DNA of 64,000 nucleotides, taken from NCBI RefSeq assembly GCF_036321535.1, contig NC_087447.1, forward strand, positions 39,496,001 through 39,560,000, in the 5' to 3' direction. Below the pieces are notes generated by a model. That model made no database searches. It saw only the letters and a program-made list of their open reading frames with translations, and was not told the DNA's origin. Numbering within the stretch: the first letter of the stretch is position 1; each line of letters opens with the position of its first letter. Source of the DNA: Camelus dromedarius. Its lineage: Eukaryota. This document shows, one piece after another, positions 37,539 to 49,630 of the stretch. The position numbers were made by a program, and so were the translations under genes.

Positions 37539-39325
37539 CTGTGAGGCCCTTCCAGAGTCTGAGCTCATCGAGGTTGAGGACCAAATGTCTTTCCTTGACT
37601 CTTGATAACTGAAATACAGGAGACGCCCATTAACTATTTATCAAATAAATGTCTGTGCATAAAGTACTTTGTAACCTCTTTGGGCCACAGTTTTATCCGT
37701 TAAATGAAGGTAATAGCCCCTACCTCGGAGGATTAAATAAGATAAGGCACACACAGTATCTAGCAAAGGCCTGGTACTTCATATGTCCAGTGAACAGTTT
37801 TATTATTAGTTCAGTGCCTTCAACTTATAGATAAGGCATGTGAGGCCCAGAAAAGAGTCTGCTCGAGTTTGCACAGCTAGTGGCAGAGCTGACAGTCTCT
37901 TGGACTCATTCTTTAACTCTTTCCACGTAACCAGAGACATCACCTACAATGCCCAGGTAACATGGTCACAGGTAGGTTCAAGCCCCTGTTGATGGGCTGA
38001 GTGGGTGAGAGACCTGGATGTTGGGAGTGAATGGCAGCTCTGACATCTCTCTCTAACCTCCCGATGTGACCAGCACAGGCCTTCCTGTCTAACGATTCAG
38101 GATGCGCAGGAAAGGCGGTCCTCACACGCTGCTCCCTATTTCTCTGATAGATTTTTCTTGTTTTACCAGAATTCTGGTCTTAACTTTTGGGGTAGTAATC
38201 CTTGTTATTCTTTTCATACCCAAGTCAAGGGACAAAACTATGCTACCTACCTGTTTTGTTCATCATGAGCTGTTACATAATTATAAGTCTAGATGGCTGA
38301 TTCTAGCTAATACTCCAGCTGATGAAACAGATATAGATCCAAAGTATCTTTCTGAGCAGTATTAATATATTCGGACCACACCCTCTCTCATCATACTTTC
38401 AAGAGCTGAAAAGCCTGTCTTTGTCAGGATGAATGGAGAACATTTACTTTGGTCAACATTTATTAGTGCAGTACTGCCGGCTGCCATTCCTGTACTAAGA
38501 CAGTAAATCTTCAGCAAAGTTTATAGGCTGTCTTTCATCCAAAGACCTCAAAAGAACTTTGCTAACAATGTGTCATTATTAATCATCCCACTTGCCCGGG
38601 GAAGCAAGCAGTGGTTGTTTCAGAGGCAGAAACCGAGGTTCTAAGAAGGTTATATGACTTCTTAGGATCCTGAACAGGGTCAGAAAAAGAGCCGGGCATA
38701 CAGCCCACATTTCTATCTCTCAAGCCAAAGACCCAGCCCTCCCCGAAAGCTCTCTAAACATTTCCTTTTGATAGAAAACGCAGTTGGCTACCTTGATCTA
38801 GTAAGCAGAAATGAAGTCTGAACCCTTCTTCAATGACTTGAGGAAACCAAAGTTTATTTTTGAAGTTACTTCAAGTCATAAAATGCTTGATTCACTGTAT
38901 TAAATAATAACATTGAAATAAGTAAGTAGCTTTGTAGCCATAATGATAGCCTGGATTCAAATGGTGCCTCTGCTCTAAAAAGCACTGCTGTTCACAGGCT
39001 TCTAAAGATCGTCATTTTGGCTTCGCTTTTTGACTTCATGTAGCCCTTTCTTTCTCACAAGTCTTTTCTCCACCCACCCCTCTCCTTCACACACACCCCT
39101 TACCTTTTATCAAATTACTTCTTCCTATGCATCAGGAGACATCAAGATAGAAGACTCTCGTTGCTTTAGCTGGATATGAGGAAAGACTTCCAGGCCCTCT
39201 GGAATAGACCATGGATTCCCATTCCATGGGATGCTCCAAGAGGCTCTACAGGGATGGGTTTAGATCTGATCTTGCCTAGAGATGAAGGATCAAACTTACA
39301 AAGACTGATTAGAACTCATCAAACA

Positions 39326-39448
39326 GGGGGAAGGTATAGCTCAAGTGGAAGAGCGCATGCTTAGCATGCATGAGGTCTTGGGTTCAATCTCCAGTACCTC
39401 CTCTAAAAATAAATAAATAAACCTAATTATCCCCCCCCCCAAAAAAAA
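39326..39448 (+). mobile_element. Vic-1-like tRNA SINE, full length
   Basis: A/B-box tRNA head and A tail. Perfect 15-bp TSD AGAACTCATCAAACA at 39311-39325 and 39449-39463. Confidence 0.9.
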
Positions 39449-39917
39449 AGAACTCATCAAACATTCAAATGGTCCTCTAAATATCCCAGTCCCCCTTATG
39501 TTGAGACTGGGGTTTTATAACTAGTCTGACCAATGAAAGGAAAGGCACTTGAGAACAGCATTCCTGCTCCACCTCTCTCTTACACTGTTGAGTGACTTTG
39601 GAGGTCACACCCTTCAGATGGTACAGCTCCACAATGGAGGATGGTTGCCCACCAGACTTCAGACTTTATGTGAGCAATGAACAAGCTTTTTTCAGGTTAA
39701 ACCTCTGATTTCAATGTGTCAGCTATTGTCAATTATTTTGACTAGCACCAAGAGGGGGTATTGCTATATGAAAGAAATTTAAGATGTGTGGTTTTAGTGT
39801 AGCAGTCAAGCTAGATGGATGGCGATCTATGATTCATGGTAGCAAAAAGTTTAGTAAAGCTGGGCCATGATAACTTGGAAAGCAGACCGTGAGCTGACTG
39901 CATTTGTAAGTCTACGA

Positions 39918-40138
39918 CAGAGTCAGCCAACTTTTTTGAACAGAGCTAGATCATAATCTCTGCACCTCAGGGACCATATGGTTTCTTTTGCAACTACTCA
40001 AGTCTTCCACTGTAGCATGAAGACTGCCACAGACAATACATAAACGAACTGAGCATGGTTATGTTCCAATAAAACTGTATTTACAAAAACAGGCAGTGTG
40101 CTGGATTTGGCCTATTGGCTGCTATTTGCCAATCCCTG
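39918..40138 (-). mobile_element. MER58A-like hAT MITE within MaLR LTR/internal sequence
   Basis: GTTCCAATAAAACTGTATTTACAAAAACAGGCAG...TTTGCCAATCCCTG. Confidence 0.75.
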
Positions 40139-40469
40139 GACTATGGGTAGAATTTGCATAATAGAATGTGAAGTTTGCATTTGCCATTGGCTGCATTTGA
40201 CAAGACATTTCAATGAAGAGAAAAGTTCCAAAAATACTGGCTGCTTTGCAGAGAGAAATTAAAGAGAGAAGGCAGAAATGTGGGTCCCCAACTTTTCATA
40301 AACTGTAAGTGGGCTCGGAATGCTGCAAAGCCCTCAGAGCCCGCTCAGATGTGCAGGAGAGGGATAAATGCACAAGGAGGAACCTCCTAGAGAGTGGAGC
40401 CTGGACAAAGGTGAAGGGATTAATATTTGAATAAATAAATATTTGAATAAATGTAATGGACAAGCTAGG

Positions 40470-40890
40470 TGGATAGACAGGAGAAGAACAGAATTGTAAG
40501 CAAGTGCAAAGGCCCTGAGGCAGGAGTATGCCTCATACCTTTGAGAAACCACAAAGGTGCCAGCATGGCCCCAGCAGAGTGAACAAGGGGTAGAGGGGTA
40601 GTAAGAGATGACATCAGAGCAGGAGGGTAGATGGGCTTGAAAGGTCCCTGGAGGATAAATCAGACAGGGCCTTGTAGGTAATTTTGAGGATGCTGGCTTT
40701 TATTCTGAATGAGTTGGGAAGACATAGAGGGTGTTGGGACTGTGAACAGAGGCACACTCTAATGTTTTTAAAAGGATCATTCTGGTTGCTGGGTTGCGGA
40801 GAAAAAAAAAAAAAGAGAGGGAGGAAGGGAAAGGATGTAAGCAAGAAACCAGCCAGGAGTCCACTGCAGTAATCCAAGCAAGAGATCATT
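40470..40890 (-). mobile_element. L2 fragment
   Basis: GTGCAAAGGCCCTGAGGCAGGA...CTGCAGTAATCCAAGCAAGAGAT. Confidence 0.7.
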
Positions 40891-41259
40891 CATTCATTCA
40901 CTGAACAAACATTTCTTGGCCATCTCTTGACAAGACATTGCCAGGGATAGTGTTTCCTGCATCACAAAGTTACTGTGGGAGGTTTCCCTTAAACAACAAT
41001 CCTGTATCCGTGCTACAAGAGAAAAGATTAAATGTGGTAGTATGTTGCAAGGTTTTTGAGATCTAAAGGTTTGAAAAATCAAGAGAAATTTTTCACTTTT
41101 AATTTTTGAGGAAATTTTAATAAAAAACTTTTTGGCTTATGAATTTGGGGAATGAAAAATAGTAAGTTCAAGATCAGATGACATCTTTTTTATGTTGTTA
41201 TACAATAAGAGATTTTTAACGTAAGCTCTCTTCAGCACCAGGAAGTTTAAGCAGTACAC

Positions 41260-41740
41260 AAATGCAGTTTATGATTCTAGACTGGACCCTGAACTGGAAA
41301 ACAAAAATCTATAAAAGACATTATTGAAACAATTGGCAATATTGGAATATGTATTGTAGATTATAGTATCGTAGCAATGTCAAGTTTCCTGAATTTTATA
41401 ACAATACTATGTTTATATAAGATAATAATATTTATGTACTTAGGAAATATACACTGAAGTATTAAAGGGGGTACAACACATAGAGAAGGGGCATGAAGTG
41501 TGCAACTAACCCTCAAATGATTCAGAAAAAATAGGTACAATGTATGTATATATGTATATATATGCACACACGGAAAGATTGTATATGTATATGTGTGCAT
41601 GCTTATATGCAGATGTATACATGTATATGAACAAATACGGCAAAACATTAACAATGAGTGCTTTTGGATAAAGAGTATACATGGATTTTATGTATTATTT
41701 TTGAAATTTCTGTTTGAAATTATTTCCAGTTTTTTAAAAA
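41260..41740 (+). mobile_element. Old L1 3' UTR (L1MC/ME-type)
   Basis: GACTGGACCCTGAAC...TATAAAAGACATTATTGAAACAATTGG...AGGAAATATACACTGAAGTATT. Confidence 0.65.
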
Positions 41741-41994
41741 GCTTTAAAAACATTCCAAAGTCCAATTTAACACTCCAATTTCAAAAACATTCCAATTTAA
41801 AAAAAATTAAGCTAGTTAAGCTGTAGCATCCTCCTTCCAAAGGAAGAAGTGGAAATATTTCCACCCCCAAAGGACATCACAATTTTTGTAGGAAAGGAAG
41901 GAGGATTCCAAGCCCTCTCTGCTTGAACGCTTACTTCTTCTAGTCTGAAGCTGCTAAACCTCCTCTCTCCCCACTGGGTCTCGGAGTCTCAGAA

Positions 41995-42180
41995 TCCTCC
42001 CAACCACTTGGCTGCTTGTTAGAATCACTTGAAAAGCTTGAAAAATAACTGATGTTTGGGTCCTTCCTCCAGAAATTCTGATTTGTTGGGTATTGTTGGG
42101 GAGAGGGGATTGTTGGGCAACAGGATTTTTTAAAACTCCCCACAGGATTCTCCTGGGCAGTCAATTTGGAGAATCCACTG
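41995..42180. mobile_element. MER5A-like hAT MITE
   Basis: TTAGAATCACTTG...CCAGAAATTCTGATTT...TTTGGAGAATCCACTG. Confidence 0.6.
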
Positions 42181-43663
42181 ATCCAGCCATGTTACCTCCT
42201 GCTGTGAGCTGAGCTCAGAGCCTGGGGTCCCAGGTATGCAACAAGCTCTCTGGCCCCATTCTTTGGCGGCACTGAGCACTCCTTCATGGATGGCTTTGCA
42301 GTCCTCGTCTGGGATGCAGGACTGCAGGGATCTTGGAACTGTCCATCTTGGAGGGCCTCGAGCATCACCAAAGACACCCATTTGTTCCAGAGTTTCTATA
42401 ACCACGCTCAGACCTAGAGGAGTGGGTGGGGGTTACTGGGCATTACTGTGGAAAGGCGGCCATCTGCAAGAGTGATCAAGGGGGAGAGCCCCGAGGGTGT
42501 TCTCAGAATCTTTTCTTTCAATTGACAGCCCTATTCTACCCTGAAAGCCTAGGTCTATTTCTCTAACAGCCCAGAAAATCCAGGGGCAGCATGTCTGAAA
42601 AAGTGATCACAGGACGAGTCCTCAAACAAGCACAGAGTGGTCAGCAGGTGGGCCCCAAATCGTCTCCACCACACGGATAGATATCCTCTTTGTCTCCTCT
42701 CTCCTTTAAGACACCCTCCTTCTACATTCTTCTAAAGAAAGTCATTTTCACCAGTCTCGGAATGCCAGTTCCCAGCAGCCTCTGGCATCTCGGAAGGCAC
42801 CACAGGAGAACTTCACATGTCTAATCCCCACTGCTCACCTATTAAAAGATACATTTTCAAAGCAATGGGAGCAAGTTACTCATTCAAATGCTGTTAACAA
42901 ATAACAGGATTTAAAAGTGTAACAGGTAGTTACTCAGCTTTGAAAATTTGCCCCGAAGAGTTAAAGTTTCTGCTTCATTGGAAAGGGTGGGGGGCAGGAA
43001 TGTCCTGTGGGAGGAATTTTCAGCCCCTGGAGTTTTTATGTCTGATCTCTCTCCCCTGCATCCGAGCTGGAACGTGAGATCCGGCGTGAGATTGCAGGAG
43101 AGGGCGGGCTGGGGACAGTTCTGGGGCCTGCAGGTGTTCAGTGGCTGTACCAGCCAGGGCTGCTCCCCCACCCCAAGCCAGCAGACGCCCGCCAGGACTT
43201 GCCGGAGCCCATGTCAGGGGAGTCGGCTTATAAATTACTCTCGGGATCATCATTCCGGGTTGGATGGGATCACAGGGGGCGGAGGGTGGAGGCGCTGCAG
43301 CCCAGGCTTTAGGTGGAGGGCTTCTTGGAGGAAGTCCATCAAGAACAGCCTGCTGGTGCAGTGACGGTGCGCCCCAACTTCCCAGCCAGCTCAGGAGGGC
43401 CTCCTCCTCCTCCCTCCCAAACAGCCCAGAGCCAAAAGCTGGGGGACGGCACCCCCTCCCACCTCTATTTTAATGAGTGCTGTTTCTTTTAATAACTATT
43501 TCCTGAAGTCCTACAGCATGAGACATCCATGGGGACAATACCTCCTGGGAGGCTGCAAAGTCTAGTCCCTATAGTAAGTGCTCAATAAGTGGCAATTCTC
43601 TTCTGTAGTTGAAGAAAATATTCAGGCCCCCAGGGTGGTATTGAGAGGTAATAGGTGAGAGAC

Positions 43664-43920
43664 GGGGAGGGTATAGTTCAGTGGTAGAGTGTGTGCCTAG
43701 CGTGCACAGGTCCTGGGTTCAATCTCCAGCACTTCCATTAAAATTAATTAATTAATTAATTAATTAAAAACCTCATTAAAGAAAAGAAAAGGAAAGCATT
43801 TTTAGATAAAATAAAACCTAATTACCTATCCCCCCGACCAAAAGAAAAATGTATAGTGTTGTTGTATGTCAATTAGATCTCAATAAAACTGGAAGGAAAA
43901 AAGTTAAGGAAAAAAAAAAA
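43664..43920 (+). mobile_element. Vic-1-like SINE followed by an L1-like 3' tail
   Basis: tRNA head, (TAAT)n, then TGTATGTCAATTAGATCTCAATAAAACTGG plus A tail. Partial TSD GAGGTAA...GTGAG on both flanks. Confidence 0.75.
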
Positions 43921-46900
43921 GGAGGTAACCTGTGAGGCCTAAAATCAGGTCAGTATTAAGGCAGCAAGAGCAGGGAGGCGGCCAAGACTCCACCACAAGG
44001 GACTTCAACCGAGTCAGTCAGTCTCCAGGGATTCCCAGGTTTGACCGTTCTGCCGACCGGTTCAAGTTGAAAAGAGTACTCATGGTATAGGAATTCAGAA
44101 TATAGTTATTAAAGGAAGAAACAACGATTAAATCAGAGACGGGGGGTGTGCAACAACCAAGGCAAGAGGCAGAAGAAGGGACTCCCGGTTCCCACTTGAG
44201 GTGGCTCCTGAGCCTGCAGGCAGGGATCTGAGCAGGCAGAGGGGCAGGAATGCCACTCAACCCCAACCCGCTTCGGAGCTTCGGAGAGGGCAGGGGAGGG
44301 GAGGGGCCTCAAGGAGAAGGACAGGAAGATTCAAGGGTCACGGTCTCAAGTTCTCCTTCTGTACCGGTGAGAATAAGCAGGCTCTCCTCAGGCGAAACCG
44401 ACCCCTTAACGACCCCCTTTCCATCACGGATTTGACCTCCTCAGACTCCCCGCTCTGCCCCAGGCCACCCACTGACATGGACTCCAAGAGTATAGCTTGA
44501 GAGTGAAGGCATTCAAGACCCAACCCAGTACTTTACATATCTCACCTCTGAATCTAGAAATCCATGCCTTCCCTCCCTGCGATCCTGCAACTCGCCTTTC
44601 TCTGTGTAAATCCCCTTTCGAAATGCTTGTCTTGGATCTAGTTGACACGGATTTCCATTTTTGTGATAATATTTTAATTACATTTGTGTTTATCTATTGA
44701 TTTTCATACCCAGCCTCGTTCCAAAAAGGACTGGAGGCAGCTTCTAAAGTTTCCATGTGATAACTGCTTTGATGAATCTGGCTTTCCACCCCCATTCACA
44801 AACAGCTATACGCACAGCTACCAAATACAGTCTTTCTGTAGAACAACACACAAACTACCTTTGAAATCTGGCTCCAAGTTTTAAAATATGTGCATCTATT
44901 TAGTATCCCAGGAAGTTTCAGACAGTATTAGGCATCCTGGACACAGAAAACTAGGGTTGTTGGAGCTGTTGATATCCTGGGCTTCCTCAAAAGTATGCCC
45001 ACCTCCCCCACCCCCTCCCCCAGCATAGGCTGGTTCTTGTGCAAGAATTTGGGACACCCAGGAGTATGACCTCCTTGATTTTCTTTCTTTCGATAGGTGC
45101 AGAGAAAAAAGAAAGGCAAAGGTTGTGTTGGAGAGAGGCATTTTGCGCAAACCCAGGGGCACTGGAGGAGGAGGGATTTCCTGCATTTCCAGAAACCCCT
45201 GCAGTGCCCTGATCCTGCCAGCTCAGACCTCTTCCCAGCCGCAGTCACATCCCATCCCAAAGCGGGTCAGTCAATCCGAGCTGGACCTGAAATCTTTTGT
45301 CAAAAAGCCTCTTGGCTACTGCCCAGCTCAGCAGCTTGGGGGTGGTGGGGTGGGGTGGGGGGAAATCCAGCATTGTCCTCTGAAGGCTTGCTGTGTGGGG
45401 TCCCACCCTTGGGACCTCATCCCTGGGGCCTCCCACGCTGTGGGAATCTAGCAGAAGCCCCTTCCCACATTCACAGAGGTTGCTTTGGGGGGTTACAGTA
45501 GGACTCACCTCGCTGGTGTTACCTCTGTGAAACTCCAGAAAGTCCTGGTGCACGTCACCCAGGGGTAAGGAGCAGGGCCTTCTCTTTCTGCCAGTGACTC
45601 AGGGCCAGATCTGTTCCCTCCCCACAAAGAGCTAAAGAGAAGGCAATGGGGATGAAAAGGGGGCATTTCCCCCTCATTTTTGTTGTTGTTTATAAATTTA
45701 AATTATATACCTTTCCTCTGGAGACATCTGAGAGGGCTTACAGAAAGCATGACATAGGAGATGGTATTTAAACATAAAATGCAGCAGCCTCTTTTGCAGA
45801 ATATTTGCTTCCAAATACCAGCTGGAGCATGGAGGAGGGGAATAGCATAAGAGCTTCCATTTGCGAGTCTGGCCAACACTTGGCATCCGTCATCCTATTC
45901 GTGTTTCACAACACTGTATTGGTCAATGTTGCCACCTCTACCGGACAGATAAAAAAACTAAGGCTCAGAGAAGTGGAGTAACTCGCTCAAAGAGCCAGAG
46001 CTCATCAATGATAAATCAGGGTTTGAATCCCAATTCTAGAGCCCTCATCCCAGCCACAGCAGACTGCTCCTCCTCTATACTGTTACCACCCTTATCCATT
46101 CTCACATTCTCCAGCTACTAAGGCAAAGATAAGTTGCACACCGGCTAAATGAATCTCATGCCTCAGAAGGGCGCAGGAGCACAGTGATGATTTTCTGTCT
46201 TGTTTTGTTGTTTTGCTGTGAATGCGCACCAATGAGGCATGCAAGCCTCTCACATCTGACATGCCTTCCCCACTGAGGAGCGTAGCCTGCTCCTGATAGG
46301 CATTCGAGTTTGCAGTCCCTGGACTACATTTCCATTGACGATGAAAAGTTTCAGCTATGTCTTCCTTTGCCACCCGTGTGCTTTGCGGCCGGCCGAAGTC
46401 CTCTAAGGAGCTTTTAAATGTAATCTGTTTATATGGAACTGTTAGGAGCAGACTGGGAATGTGGACAAGTGTTCATCGAAGACAGTTTTCATTGGGCTGA
46501 TCAATGCCCAGCTTCTCAGAACAACAGGACTCTGGGAGAGAGCAGAGTGAGCTGTTGGATCATTACTATTAAAAAAAAAAAAGTTCTTTGTTTGATGAGA
46601 GATGCCATCCAGGTCACAGACCTTGGGTGGATGCGAGTTTTCCTGTTTGCATGCCTGGGAGAGGGCTGGGGCGTAGCCTGAGGGAACTTGTTTCCACCTG
46701 ACAAAGCAAAGGCGAGAAAAAATGGTGTTTTCCTTTTTTAATTTTGTAGAGACAGAATGAACTTGTGAAAAGAGCCATGCCTTTGTGAACCCAGGTAGAT
46801 CAGGGTTCACATCCACATTTTTCTCATATCATAGCTGTTAACGGTGGACAAGTTACATCAAGTTACATTTTTGAGTCCAGTTTCCCATCAGTAAATGCAG

Positions 46901-47411
46901 ATGAAAATACAGACCTTGCTGGCGTTCTCTTAGGATTAGAGGCAATCCCTGGACGACCCCGTGCCGGACTCCCTGGGAGGCTCTTTGTAGCAGGTGTGGC
47001 CATTAGCAAGAGCAGCAGCACTGCTCAGCCAGCTGCTGCGCTTGTACTTTCAAGGCAAAAGGAACTGCTCTCACTCCAAATGGACAGGCTTCTCAGGAGT
47101 AGCCAACGCCAGGCGCCGCCTCGCCTGAGATGGGGCTCAGAAGCGTAGAGTTTCTGGTTTTCAACGATAAAAACAAACAGAAAAACTACCCTGTTTTGGG
47201 TAGTTTTGTAAACATTCAGGAAAGTTGTCTTCAAACCCTAGTCCTCCTGAGTGAGAAGCCCTTAAGTGGCAGTTTGCTGCCCTCTGCTGTCCACCTGGAA
47301 AACTCCCAGGATGCTTTTGGCAGTGCTGCCAGCCTTAAAACCCCTAGGAGCTTGGACGCCCAGGACTTGCCCAACCCTTCCAAAAGGTGCACCCCAAGGA
47401 GGGGGATAGTA

Positions 47412-47583
47412 CCAGGATTGGCTACAGAATCCAAGGGGCCCAGTGCAAAATACAAGGCACCTTGTTAGAAAATTAAGAATTTCAAGGCGGGGACAACAGA
47501 GTATTAAACCAGGCAATGGGCACTTTGGAGGACGGGGCCCTGTGCAACTCCACGTATGAGACACACCCATAGAGCTGGCACGT
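47412..47583. mobile_element. MER91-like hAT MITE
   Basis: GGGGCCCAGTGCAAAATA...GGGGCCCTGTGCAACT. Confidence 0.55.
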
Positions 47584-48934
47584 CTCATTACTGCCTGCTC
47601 CTGACATTAAACTTCTGGATCTATGTCACTGTCTCCATAGTTCCCTGAGGAACTGAAATTTAGTAGAATATGTTTGTGGACTGGGAGTGGGGAAAGGGCC
47701 TCCCCTTACAGGCCAGACTCGAGGGCGTGTGTAAGTCTCTCTTGGCTAGAATGTAGATGTTAGGGATCTCATCTCCTGCTTACTGCTGGAGTTCGAGGGA
47801 GCCCACCCCCAAAACAAGACAGCACACCTGTTCTGGCTTTAGGGATCAACTCAGACTCGGGAATTAGATGAAGATTCAAATAGCAACTTTATTATAGAAC
47901 AGGCTATATTGGAGGACAGAGCTTACCTATAACTAAAGAGTGTGCTAAAATTCACTCTCAAATTCCACCAGGAGAGATCCATCCAATGAGAATGGGGACC
48001 AGTTGCTGTCATCCACTAACCAGATAATTGAGTATATGTACTTCTATGGGTGGAGATAAGGAGCCAAGAATACTTACAGGAAAATCCTATTCTATGGAAA
48101 GCAGAGCAGTGTGGAGAAAATTGAATATTAAAACATATTGTAACCACTGACCCCTCCACCCTCATCTCCACACTGAGGAAGCCCCAACTCTGATTAAAAC
48201 CAGTCCTAACTTTCTTTACCAAGCCACTAGATGTCACACTGATTTCACAGCAGAGTTGGGAAGCTGTTGCAATTGCTCAAAACCTGGAAAGAAGCATCTT
48301 TGTACTTTATTTGCCCCTAAAACATCACAGACTTCTGTTCACAGTAATGACTGACCAGGATTTTACTGGATGGACATACACAAAATGGGAGCATTGAAAG
48401 TGACTGGGGAGTGACTAGAAGCAGGTGGATTTGGGTGGAAGGTCCACATATGGAGACAGTGACAGGACCTGAGCACCCCATTTCTGCCGTTTTCAGCCAA
48501 GGGTCAGGAGCAGGGAGTGTTTTGCAGGACGGTGGTGGTACCAGTGGAGAAGCAGCCATCTTTTTGGACCATGAGAAAAGGAGACTGAGTCCAGGGCAAC
48601 TACAGCTGCCCAAAGGTAGGAGATAGAGTCCTGGAAGGGAGAGGCCAGAGAAGGGATCCCCAAATTCTCTCTGCTCACAGCTCTGGCTGACCCCTGGACC
48701 ATGTAAACACATACCAGACAAAAATCATCTCAGTTACAGACAAAAAGGTCTGGAAGACACTTACCCCGGATCTGCAGTGCTGTTTCTGTCATGTTTTATA
48801 TGTGCTTGGGTCTTTTTCTGATCTCCCTATTCTATTCCATTGGTCAACTGTGTAATTCTGAATTATTACCACACAGACTTATTTACTGAGGCTCTACAAT
48901 AAACACTGATATCTTGGTAGGGTTAGTCCCCTAT

Positions 48935-49630
48935 ATCAGTCACAGAAATCACACGTGTTCCTGAACAGGCAAAACACACTATAAAGAACTGTAAACTCAA
49001 CACTGGAATTTGACACAACATTGTAAAATGATTATAAATCAATAAAAAATGTTAAAAAAAAAAAAAAAAAAGAACTGTAAACTCATAGAAAGTGGTTAAC
49101 TACTAAAAGGGGTAAAAGAAGACACAACAGAGCCCAGGAGGAGCAGATGCAAAAAGGCATCTCTACCTCCAGGCTGAAAAAGAGGGGACAACGAAGAAAC
49201 TAGGGACTTAGGAGAATTCCATGCCCTTCCAAAGGCTAAGGAACATGCAGCCTGCCAGGAGCTAAGAAACCTGACAGGGGCGTGGGCCACAGCGGGTCTG
49301 TAGGAATGATCCACCATGGCCATAGGCTGTGGGTGGGATGGAGCTGGTCCGTGGAAACTGCTTCTTGGTGGAGAGACAAGTTGCCTGAGGACACAGCTGG
49401 AGCTGCTCAAGGACTGCTGGGCTTCTATGCCGAGTAGTAATAGTGGAGGACTGGCCCCCAGAAGGGAAATGCCTTCCAGGCACGGCTGCCCTGCAGTGGA
49501 CTCCAGTGCCGTCTACTGGCAAAGCTGAACACTGTGCCCAGCTGGCTTAGAACTGTTTATAGGGTCCAGCTCCAGTGTCACAGAGCAGGGCAGAGAAGTC
49601 TAGACTTGGAGCTGAGAGAAAATTGATAAC
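48935..49630 (-). mobile_element. ERVL-type LTR (LTR40/41-like) within old L1 fragments
   Basis: GGGTCCAGCTCCAGTGTCACAGAGCAGGGCAGAGAAG...TGGAGCTGAGAG terminus. Confidence 0.5.
49000..49068 (+). mobile_element. Ultra-short 5'-truncated young L1 (3' tail only)
   Basis: GACACAACATTGTAAAATGATTATAAATCAATAAAAAATGTT plus poly(A). Perfect 17-bp TSD AAAGAACTGTAAACTCA at 48983-48999 and 49069-49085. Confidence 0.88.

Larger units (their letters stand above)
12335..42413 (-). pseudogene. Putative decayed multi-exon gene for an extracellular C-type-lectin/PAN/WSC-like protein (discontinuous relic exons)
   Basis: Manual minus-strand translations of non-repeat segments at 42196-42413, 38892-39011, 37944-38489, 18620-18880, 15800-16310, 14050-14195 and 12600-12680 show CTLD/PAN/WSC-like Cys-Trp patterns broken by stops and frameshifts. 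Several segments have AG/GT boundaries. Not verified by profile search. Confidence 0.4.

Noticed and set aside
45338..45362. G-quadruplex-forming G-run cluster
   Set aside because: The motif is present but common in mammalian DNA, with no supporting context.
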